Assembly: GCF_030028105.1 (NCBI RefSeq)
Contig: NC_092373.1
Span: forward strand, 53,872,699 to 53,936,698
DNA: 64,000 nucleotides
Reading direction: 5' to 3'
Source: Mobula birostris
Taxonomy: Eukaryota
Below, in pieces: positions 53,768-64,000 of the stretch (within the stretch, counting starts at the first letter, position 1; each line of letters starts with the position of its first letter). The translations under genes were made by a program, and so were the position numbers. The notes below the pieces were generated by a model that saw only the letters and a list, made by a program, of their open reading frames with translations, ran no database searches and was not told where the DNA came from.

Positions 53768-54495
53768 CAGTGGATTCCAGTTCATTGGGACAAGTACATT
53801 TTGGCCCAATTAAGCGGCTGGCCCAATTAAGCGGCTGCCCCAATTAGCCGAAGATTCACGGAAGCAGTTAAAAAAGTTATAAAAAGACGGAGTGAAAACA
53901 AATATTTAAATGAAATACATAATAAATTGGAACACTACCGATAACACTATGGTGTTATCAAATTGTGTATTAGTTCCTCATAGTTATCAGTGGAGGAATT
54001 CATCCATTATATGCAATGAACAAAATCCATGCAGACACCTCCTGCAGATAATGGACTGCTTTTGATGATATCAAAGATTGCATCCTCCAAATATTCATTT
54101 TCATTGTAACATTCAAGATGATTGTCGATATCTTCAAATTCTTCACAGAGCCTAACTTGTTGAAGGAGTGAAATCGTTTCATTTTCACTCCCTGCCTTTT
54201 CTTGGCATCTCTGAGCCTGAATGCTTGAAACCACAGAGGATAAAGCAGCTCTGAATTGTCTTACTGCTTATTTCTCACCAGTTATCAGCGACAAAAATCA
54301 CTGTGTTTTGAAAAAAACACATGCAACAGAAACTATTTTAAAACTGTTTGTTTTAAGCATGGTATAGTGTGTGCAAGTGCACGCTACTGACGTGAGTTAG
54401 AAGCTGTTCGGTCACAGTCTTTTTGTTCTTTAAGAGTTGTCTCAAATAAGCGGCTGCCCCGAGTAACTGATCATACAATTAACTGGAATCCACTG
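53768..54495. mobile_element. pogo/Tigger-like non-autonomous DNA transposon
   Basis: TA|CAGTGGATTCCAGTT ... AACTGGAATCCACTG|TA. Confidence 0.85.
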
Positions 54496-54539
54496 TATAT
54501 AAATAAATAAAATTAGAAGAGCGAAAAAAAGAAAAACAA

Positions 54540-55200
54540 AGTAGTGAGATAGCATATTCAAGTTCATTGTCCATTCAGAAATCTGATGGTGTTGGGGAAA
54601 TAGTTGTTCCTAAAGTAGTGAGTGTGTTTCTTCAGGCTCCTGTAGCTCCTCCTTGATGGTAGCATTGAGAAGAGGGGCTGCCCTGGGTGATAGGGGTCCT
54701 TTAGAGGCATCCCCTTTTGAAAGTGTCCCTGATGCTGGTGATGCTAGTGCCCACGATGGAGCTAGCTAAGTTCACAACTTTCTGCAGCCTTTTCTGATCC
54801 TCTGCAGTGCCCCTCCCCGATACCAGACGGTGATGCACAGTGAACATGGTACTTTGGTAGAACTTGCAAGCGTCTTTGGTGACATATCAATTCTCCTCAA
54901 ACTCCTAATGAAATCTAGCAACTGTCATGCTTTCTTTGTATTTGCATCAGTATGTTAGGCCCAGGGTAGATCTTCAGAGATGTTGACACCCAGGAACTGG
55001 ATACTGTTCACCCTTCCCATGGCTGATCCTTCGATAAGGATTGGTGTGTGTTCCCTCGACTTACCCTTCCACGATCAATTCCTTGGTCTTACTGACTTTG
55101 AGTACAAAGTTGTTGAGTTGACACCACTCAACTAGCTGATCTAGCTCACTTCTGTATGCCTCCTTGTCACCATCTGAAATTCTGCCGACAATGATTTACA
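54540..55200 (-). mobile_element. Rex1/Babar-type LINE fragment
   Basis: Homologous by eye to 25200-26141 and 30370-30950. Confidence 0.65.
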
Positions 55201-55386
55201 GATTGCGTTTGAACTGGCATCCACCACTTCTGCTTGGAGGTTGTAGTACTTTAGTTTACAGAATTAACCATACTTCAAGTATTGACTGTTTTATCTCCAT
55301 GTTTAATCATTCGGTTTCCTTCGTGTAAGTCTTTATGTCTTTGCAAAGTACAAAACCTTGGTTTACTCTGTCTTTATATTAACAGC

Positions 55387-56052
55387 TGTAGTGTTCTCGT
55401 GCAGTGTGTTGACACTCTGACTAAACACCAAATTAAACCGGAGCCAATGAAGACAGAGTCATAGTAAGGTTAACCATTTACTGTTCACTCTTCCACATTA
55501 ACATCGTATGGTGAAAACTGTTGATAAAAAACTTCAAACATATACAGCGTCTGTTTCATTCTGGAGATCACATGCGCTCTCTTCTTTTAGCGAGTGACTC
55601 CAGCCGCCCTGAGTAGGGAATGAGGGGGTCGGGTCAAACCGCCATCGGGCTCAAGCCGACCCCACGTTTGAAATTGAAAAGCCGGCAGGCGTGCCGCCCC
55701 AACCGCCGCTTCCTTAACAGAAACCGTGTCAATATTTTTACTTCAAATACATTCTTATGAACTTATGGCATTGCTTCTATAATGTTTCTTTGTGGGTAGG
55801 AACGGAGCTCTTCACGATCATGCTGCTCGCATGACACCCACCTTTACACCTTCTCCGAAGCGAAGTTACACACAAGATGCGGTGAAACCGGAGGTGACGT
55901 CATCACATGCCGTGATATACCGTAGACAATGAATTTACCTTTGTTATACTGTAACATAGTTATCAACCTTTAACTTTAACGAGAAAATAGTGACAAACAA
56001 ATTATTTAAAACGTAGACCCAACAAAGTCAAATAAATGCCTTAAGGGCAGCA
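55387..56052 (-). repeat. 3' LTR of BEL/Pao element
   Basis: Direct repeat of 58845-59511, roughly 90% identical by eye, many CpG transitions. Confidence 0.92.
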
Positions 56053-58844
56053 CACTCCCCGCCTGACCTTTGTAAGGTCACTATAAACATGGTATAGAAC
56101 TTTAATCCCTCAATCAGTCTTTAGGTAGAAGTAGAACAACCTCTGTAACTGCTCTCAGGTTTCCTTTTCGGGGTTCGTTGTAAAGATGTGAACAGGTTGA
56201 CTGCCTGCTCTTTGTTGTTTGGCAAGCGCTGGCATGATATTCTGAATGGTGGTGGGGCGACCCAGTTGTTTGCTTTGTCTCTGAAAACCTTTGTGTTCGT
56301 TATTTTTAAGGAGATGGTGTTTTCCACAGATGGACCAAGTTTATTATCGTGCTTAGTTTGAGCGAAGGCTGACTGCCCCTGTCCCAGTGTCTCCTCAGTT
56401 ACTCTACTATGCTTGTGCCTTTGTTATGCTTCCTTGATATACATAACACTTGTGGAGGGCTGAGAAATTGAATGGCGGCCACTCTCTAGCACGTTAGTCT
56501 TGAGCGTGTTAACTGTCAGTTTGTGTACGTTGCCAGGGCTCACCTCTCCTATCACCACCCAGCCCAGTTCCAGACATTGGGCGAAGGGGGCGTCGTGTGG
56601 TCCATTAACCTGCTGCCTGACTTTGTGCACCCTAAGAACATCTCTTCCGAGTAGCAGGAGTATTTCTGCTTCTGGATCCAGTTCTGGGATGTGCTTGACA
56701 ATGTGGTGGAGATGGGGCTGGTGTAGCACTGTGCTTGGCGTCGGAATTTCAGATCGGTTATTTAAGATCTCATTGCACTCTAAGAGTGGAGGGAGACTGA
56801 TGACAACTTTGCCATCCAGTGACTCGAGCTGGAAGCCTTCTGCCTTCCTGCCGTATGTTTCTGCGATGCCAGAGTAAGTTCTGAGGTAGTATGGGAATGG
56901 ATTACCCTTTACGCTGAACAACTCGAAGAACTCTGGTCTCACTAGTGAGCAGTTGCTCTGGTTGTCCAGAATTACATAGGCTTTGATGGCCTTGTCTTTG
57001 GCTCCCTTAGGGCATACCTTAGTGAGGCAGATCTTTGAGCATGAACGGCTCGACTGACCTGGACCACAAACTTCTGTGCAGCTCGAGCTGACAATAGTTG
57101 TATCAAAGCGATCCTCTCCCTCCCCGCCATCCTCTTGTGGGAGCAGAGGAGCTCTGGCAGTTTGCAGTGACGGGCTGGGATGCATGGCTCCATCGTGATT
57201 AGTGCTGTTACATTCCGAGCACTTTATGGGGAATGTACGCTCTTTAGCGAGGTGGGAGGTAGAGGAACAGCTCTTAAAACATATTCTTTTTTCCTTGAGA
57301 AGGGCCTTTCTTTCGTCAAAGGGTTTGTTTCGAAATGTTCTGTATTTTTTGAGGGGGTGGGGTTTTGTGCAATGGACAATTCTTTCTAGGATCATCGTTG
57401 ATTGCGGAGACTTCGGTCTTATGCACTGAGACGGGTTTATTAATGACAAAATTGTTCGAAATGGGTTTGACTAGGTTGGTGTGAGTTGTGATGCTGCCTT
57501 GATTCGTGAAGCTAGGGTCATTTCACCTCTTCGCCTCCTTGCACACAAACCTACTAAAATACTCAAAGGGAGGGAATCGACCACCGTTCTTTTCCTTGTA
57601 CTCTGAGCCAATAGACACCCATCTTTCCTGCAGCCCAAATGGAAGTTTGTCCACAATTGGTCCAACTCCGCGTGACGTATCCAGATATGACAGGCCAGTT
57701 AAATAGCCGTCTTCTTTAGCACCTTGAATTTCCATGAGTAAATCTCCGAGTTCTCGTAATTTAGTGTGGTCCTTGGCTGACACCCTAGGAAAATTGTCCA
57801 GCCATTGAAATAGCGCCCTCTCAATAATTTCAGGGGCCGCATAGCAGTCCCGAAGTCTCTCCCACGCTTTGTGTAAGGCTAGCTTGGGGTTGCTGATGTA
57901 CATTGAGCGTATGCGTTTCACCTGTTCACTTGATTCCTTTCCCAGCCATTTAGTCATAAGGTCCAACTCTTGGGTTGCTGTAAGCTGGACTCCACTGGTG
58001 GCACTGGTGAATGAGGAGTACCATGCACGGTAATTTTCAGGCTTATCGTCAAACTGGTACAGTCCTGAATTGACGAGGTCTTGTAGCGCTATATACTGTG
58101 CCAAGGGTTCTGCTGCAGGTGGCGTGCTAGCTGGGGAAATATGTTGGGGAAAATATGACTGAGTGTGTACGTTCATGATGGGATTTGACGTTCTAACTTC
58201 AGCCTTTGTCTTTGATCTCGCCGGTTCTAGTAAGTTTGGTGTCAGGAAATATTCGTAGTCAGCCCTTTCATACTTGAGTTTGTGGCAAGGTTGCAATTGT
58301 GAGTTGTCTTCCCCAGGTGGACGCGATGCAACAAAGCTTCCCTGTGATTTCACATGAGATGGGATGCCAACAGGCAAGTACTGAGAGGGAGAATGAATCT
58401 GCAGGTCAATTTGAGATTGGACATATTCGTTAGTGCGTTCCAATTTGGCCCTTTCTGACATAGATTTTCCTGCTTTGTCTAGAACGTGCATTTCTTCAGC
58501 GTTTTCCAACACTTGTGCTTCCACCACGGCCGCATCAGCTTCTCGTTGTAGCGTCAGCACTTCTAACTCTGTATCTATCCTTGCATTTTCCTTCTGGTTT
58601 TCTGCTTCTCTGGCAGCCTTTTCCTTCTGGTTTTCCGCTTTTCTGGCAGCTTATTCCATTTTCAGTTTTGCTCCTTGGTTAGCGTATGACACTCATACCT
58701 TGGCAGCTTCTGCTTTCGCTCTTGCGAGGGCAGCCACATTTGTCGACGTCCTACTGCTGTTGACGCTGAGTGCAAGCGATTTGGTGCTTGATCGTGAAGC
58801 CATCGTACCACTTGTCGAAACACCGAATGATTCTGCCTTTTTAC

Positions 58845-59511
58845 CGTAGTGTTCTCGTGCGGTGTGTTGAAACTCTGACTAAACACCAAGTTAAACTGGA
58901 GCCAATGAAGACAGAGTCGTAGTAAGGTTAACCATTTACTGTTCACTCTTCCACATTAACATCGTATGGTGAAAACTGTTGATAAAAAAATACCAACATA
59001 TACAGTGTCTGTTTCATTCTGGAGATCACATGCGCTCTCTTCTTTTAGTGAGTGTCTCCAGCCGCCCCGAGTAGCGGGCGAGGGGGTCGCGTCAAACTGC
59101 CATCGGGCTCAAGCCGACCCCGCGTTTGAAATTGAAAAGCCAGCAGATGCGCCGCCCCAACTGCCACTTCCTTAACAGAAACCACGTTAATATTTTTACT
59201 TCAAATACATTCTTATGAACTTATGGCGTTGCTTCTATAATGTTTCTTTGTGGGTAGGAACAGAGCTCTTCACGATCAAGCTGCACGCATGGCACCCACC
59301 TTCACACCTTCTCCGAACCAGAGGTTACACATAAGACGTGGCAAAGCCGGAGGTGACGTCATCGCATGCCGCGATATACCGTAGACAATGAATTTACCTT
59401 TGTTATACTGTAAATGAATTATAAACCTTTAACTTTAACTAGAAAATAGTTACAAATAAATCATTTAAAACGTAGACCCAACAAAGTCAAATAAATGCCT
59501 TAAGGGCAGCA
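58845..59511 (-). repeat. 5' LTR of BEL/Pao element
   Basis: Direct repeat of 55387-56052. Confidence 0.92.
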
Positions 59512-60274
59512 TAACAGCTTTTGCTGCTCTTTAAATCTCTTCCCATATCTAATTCTAGTCGTCTAACATCCATCTTTGAAAATCTAGCAGCTGTCATCAT
59601 GGTACATTTTTGTGTTAATTCCCTCATTAATAATTATTGTTGCTTAAGATCCCATTCTCAGCAGATTCAAAGAGATTCAGGTAATACCATAAAACACAGG
59701 AACAGTATTAGGCCATTTGGCCATCAAGTCTGTTTTGCCATTCAATTTGGTATCCCTCTCAAATACTTTCACCTGTGTTCTCCCCCGACTGCCCTTAAAT
59801 ATATGCAATGACTTGGCCACCACAGCTGTCTGTCAAAGTCCACAGGTCTACTTTTATAAAATCCCTTCCTAACTATGAGGATATGAGTATATCTCTTGCA
59901 GTGGCTTGGTGCTTCTCCTTCACACTATCATCTTTTCCCTATCATTGTACTCTCATGTTTAGCTTTCCAACATGTTTCAAATGCAAAAAAATGCATATTG
60001 TGGAAATATTAAATAAAAACAAAAAAAAAATGCTTGAAATACTCACAAGCCAGGAAGCATCAGTAGAAAGAGAAAATTAACCAATGTTTCAGATTTCACT
60101 TTCCAACAGAGTAGTGAAAATTTAAAAATCAAACTTATGCAGATTGCAGGGGAGGAGGAAATATGAAATGAACAGTAGGAATGGTGTGATAGGGTGGAAA
60201 CAAATACTATCCTCTCTTATCAGATTCCTTCCTCTCCAGCCCTTCACCTTTCCTATCGACTTGGCTTCAGGTAA

Positions 60275-61430
60275 GATCATAAGGTATAGAAGCAGAATTT
60301 GGCCATTAGCCCATCAAGTCTGCTCTGCCGTTTCATCATGGCGGATCCAATTTTCCTCTCAGCCCCAATCTTCTGCCTTCTCTCCATTTCTCTTCATGCC
60401 CTGATCAACCAAAAATCTATCAACCTCTTCATTAAATTACATAAAACCTTGGTCTCCACAGCTGCCTGTGGCAAAGAATTCCACAGGTTCACTTCTCCCT
60501 AGCTAAAGAAATTCCTCCTCATCTCCATTCTAAAAGGATGCCGCTCTATTCTGAGGCTGTGTCCTTTGGTCTTAGACTCTCCTACCATAGAGTACATCTT
60601 CTCCACATCCACTCCTTCAAGGCCTTTCACCATTCGATAGCTTTCAATGAGGTCACCCCTCATTTTTCTGAATTCCATTGAATACAGGCCCAGAGCAATT
60701 AAACGCTCTTCACGTGACAAGCCATTCAATCCTGGAATCATTTTCATGAACCTCCTTTGAACTCTCTCCAGTTGCAGCACATTCCTTCTCAGGTAAAGGC
60801 CCCAAACTGCTTACAATACTCCAAGTGAGGCCTCGCTAGTGCTTTATAAAGTCTCAACATTATATCCTTGCTTTTATATTCTAGCCCTCTTGAAATGAAT
60901 GCTAACATAGCATTTGCCTTCCTCACCACAGACTCAGCCTGTAAATTAACCTTTAGGGAACTCTGCACAAGGAGTCCTTTGCAAAGTCCCTTTGCAGCTC
61001 AGGTTTTTGTATTTTCTCTCCAGTTAGAAAATAGTTAACCTTTTCATTTCTTCTACCAAAGTACATGACCATATACTTCCTGGCACTGTATTCCATCTGC
61101 CATTCCTTTGCCCATTCTCCTAATCTATCTAAGTCCTTCTGTAGCCTCTCTACTTCCTCAAAACTACCTGCCTCTCCACCTATCTTCATATTGCCTGCAA
61201 ACTTTGCCACAAAGCCATCAATTCCATCAGCCAATCATGAACATATAACGTAAAGAGAATCAGTCCCAACAGAGACCCCTGTGGAACACCACTAATCACT
61301 TGACAGCCAACCAGAAGAGGCTCCCTTTATTCCTAGTCTTTGTCTCCTGTCAATCAGCCACTGGTTTATCCATGCTAGAATCTATCCTGTAATATCATGG
61401 GCTTGCTAGCACCTTGTCAAAGACCTTATT
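60275..61430 (-). mobile_element. CR1 LINE RT/3' fragment, apparently within Penelope 3' sequence
   Basis: AKFAGNMK, LERVQRRF, RGDLIESY; PLE tail with degenerate hammerhead at about 61434-61470. Confidence 0.8.
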
Positions 61431-61674
61431 TTCCAGTCCTGATAAAGGGCCTCGGCCTGAGACATCGACTGTTTACTCATTTCCATGGATACTGCCTGAC
61501 CTGCTGAGTTCTGTCAGCATTTTGTGTGTGTTGCTCTGGATTTCCAGCATCTGTAGAATTTATCGTGTTTAATCTTTGTCACTTCCTGTTTTATTCATAT
61601 TTTATTTACACTTCCTCCAGACATCAATGACGATTAACAAATGTTCACTACTGTCTCAAAATTTGCATCACCAT

Positions 61675-62236
61675 TGTTGTGGTGTGGATGAAATCACCGG
61701 AGGGACAGTGTTACTGGTAGATACAAAGCAGCTTCTTTATTCGACACAACAAGGTACAGCAGGCATCTTACAGACGGAGGCGCTTTCGGTGGAAAGGTCT
61801 GCTAGTCCAATGTGGGCTCCATATTTATTTGGTAAACACAAAAGGCAATCGCTATTTACAAAGTTATAGACAATGCTTCCTTTTGCAGCTACATATAAAC
61901 ATCACACCTTCTGACTTCATCCTCTCCTCCAGACGCCAGCATGTCTGGATTGGTACTCATAGCCTTTAGGAGTGCAAGTTAAATCCACAATACACTTATT
62001 TGGTATTTTACGTGCTAACATAGAGAGCAATTCATATTTATAGAGTATAGATAATACTGTCTTTGAAACTACCTGTAAACTTCACACTTCCATCCGCAGT
62101 GTCTGGCTAGTATTCCGATATTCACAGCTTTCAGGAAATGCATTGTTGTGAACTCAATCCACAGTACTCTGTCAAACAGATGGCTGGTGGCCAGAGTTAC
62201 TTAAATGGATCATCTACCCAAAAACTCACGCTAACA
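61675..62236 (-). repeat. 3' LTR of ERV-like element
   Basis: TGTT...AACA termini directly after the PPT; AATAAA on minus strand at 61736-61741. Confidence 0.75.
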
Positions 62237-64000
62237 GTTCCTCCTCTTGGCCCTCCTGGATAAAAATTAAATTTGCACCAAGAAAGGCCAACCTAGGAGG
62301 ATCTGCTCAAATAGGGCAGCAAAAACACCCTGTCTCGAAATCCCCCCCCCCCAATTTTATGTACCTCGATATCTATCCTAGCATTCCCTAATCACTACCT
62401 ACCAAATGTTAAGCAGAGAGGCTGTTCTAAGTCTTTAGAAATGCGGTTCCTTTCGTGTGCCTGTTGGCTCTTTCCTTGCAGGCTGACTGCAGCTTAATCA
62501 CATTCCTTTGTCTTCAGCCCTTCATCCTCTGGTCACTGAAACTCTCCTTCCTGGAGCACCCACAGGCCTCTCATTGATGTACAGGAAGGGGTTGGTGTGG
62601 CCTCTATGTAAATGTCTGCAAGGACCTCTCCCTGGTGGCATCCCCTTCCGAACTGTCCGGTTGATCCCTGGCTCAACTACTGAAAAGGGCCCAGCTCCTC
62701 AGACTGGGGGTGACAGCTTTCAGATGCCGTGTGCAGTCTGAAATGCCATCAAAGTGGTGGAACTTGCTGTCTCTGCTTTAACTTAAAAATCCCTCCCCAT
62801 CTATTTCCTGATAATTACTATGCTATAAAATTAATCATCTACCTTCAGCAACCAGCCCTCTTTACAGAGTACCATCATCATCACACTTTAGCAGGCTATT
62901 CATGGTTTTCCAACATGTTCTCAGTGTCTTCTGCTACGCTCTCAGAGTTTTCTGCCTTTGTGTTTCCTCCGGGTATGTTTTCATCAGCTGTGGTCAGGTC
63001 TGGCCTGGCCAGCTGGTGTTCCTCTCTTAGGTTCTCTGTAATTACAAGGTTACTGGGTACACTTGGTCCCCCTCTCTGTCTGTGGGAGCAACAAGAGGGT
63101 GAATCGTATGCTTTAATCTGAGTCCAGTGTTTCCACTGGCTGCCTCGCCGAGTCTGTAAACAGACACACGTATCATTGGTTAAGAGTACCGTCTGTGGTC
63201 CTATCCACCTGGGGGCAAAACCTGACCTTTCCGGCAGCACCCTCACCATGACTTGGTCGCCAGGCTGTGGAAGGACGACCTCCCTTCCCTCTGGCTCTCT
63301 CTGATCAGCGATGTACTGCTGTTGTTTCACTTGGTCCTTCAACACTTTTAAGTTGGTTACAAAGTTCTTTTACTTATTGGGTCATTCTATCCCTGTAAGC
63401 CTCAGGCTCACCACAACCTGTAATTACCCCATAAGGGAGTCGCATTGCTCACCCCATCAATAATTCGTAGGGGCTGAGACCCAACGTGTGGTTCGGGGTT
63501 GCACGCAATCTCATCAGGATTCCTGGTAATACATCAACCCATGTCTTTCCTGTCTCAGCTATAGCTTTGGCTAATGCATTCTTGATTGTTCGGTTCATCC
63601 TTTCTACCATCCCTGAACTCTGGGGGTGGTAGGGTACGTGGAACCGTTGTCGAATCTCCAGTAGTCGACACATTTCCTTCATCACTTTCCGCGTGAAATG
63701 TGCTCCCTGATCTGAATCCACCTGAAATGGGGTTCCCCACCTTGGGAGGATTTCCTGAGCTAGGATCCATGTAGCGGTGCGGGCGGTGCGGTCCCTTGTT
63801 GGGAAAGCCTCTACCCACCGGGTGAAGTGATCCATGATTACTAGACAGTAACTTTTCCCCCTGCTTTCTGGTAGGGGCCCTGTGAAGTCTATCTGGATGT
63901 TTTCCCAGTGTCCCCTTGGCCGAGGCTGATTTGCCAGCTGTAGCTTTCTGCCCTTACCAGGGTCATACTGGGCACAAATGATACAACGGCGGCAGAATTT
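61675..64000 (-). mobile_element. ERV-like LTR retroelement, 3' part: integrase, no env, PPT, 3' LTR (runs off window)
   Basis: CIIC, QIDFTGPLP, VDSDQG, YHPQSSGMVER (DD35E), QPGDQVMV, PRWIGP, WKHWTQIK; nonsense and frameshift at about 63350-63450; PPT AAGAGGAGGAAC (62237-62248). Confidence 0.85.

Larger units (their letters stand above)
55387..59511 (-). mobile_element. BEL/Pao LTR retrotransposon, gag + protease retained, RT/RNaseH/integrase deleted
   Basis: LTRs 55387-56052 and 58845-59511 (TG...CA, one end mutated); PPT GGCGGGGAGTG; Pao-type gag FDDKPENYRAW; Cys/His knuckles; protease YVILDNQSNCSL; TSD TAACAGC. Confidence 0.92.

Noticed and set aside
57523-58560. Gag ORF as a domesticated gene
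   Set aside because: Still between LTRs, frameshifted at both ends, with degraded zinc knuckles downstream.
51600-64000. GMPS expected head-to-head with SLC33A1
   Set aside because: No GMPS-like exon recognised; the region is TE-filled and the gene probably lies beyond the window.

Overview
Vertebrate genomic DNA, most likely a cartilaginous fish (batoid ray; inferred from the repeat content). Two spliced genes lie on the minus strand. SLC33A1 (ER acetyl-CoA transporter AT-1) is complete: 6 coding exons, 49182->23869, 538 aa, with a CpG-island promoter near 51.0-51.6 kb. The first three coding exons of C3orf33 (10335->4601) follow downstream, the same tandem order as human 3q25.31; the ORF track misses them. 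Most of the rest is transposable elements: Penelope-like elements with minimal hammerhead ribozymes, CR1/L2/Rex-Babar/L1 LINE fragments, hAT, Tc1 and Tigger DNA transposons and MITEs, an internally deleted BEL/Pao LTR element with a 7-bp TSD, and the 3' end of an env-less ERV-like element. Main observations: deeply nested insertions resolvable by TSDs; one hAT insertion accounting for nearly all of SLC33A1 intron 5; an XBP1/CREB3-type UPRE and an ARE-like motif at the SLC33A1 promoter; intact hammerhead cores in a young inverted Penelope insertion; atypical BEL and ERV structures. No CRISPR, rRNA, tRNA gene or clearly new multi-gene system was seen. All calls are by-eye reading with no database searches; comparisons to human proteins and exon sizes are from memory.
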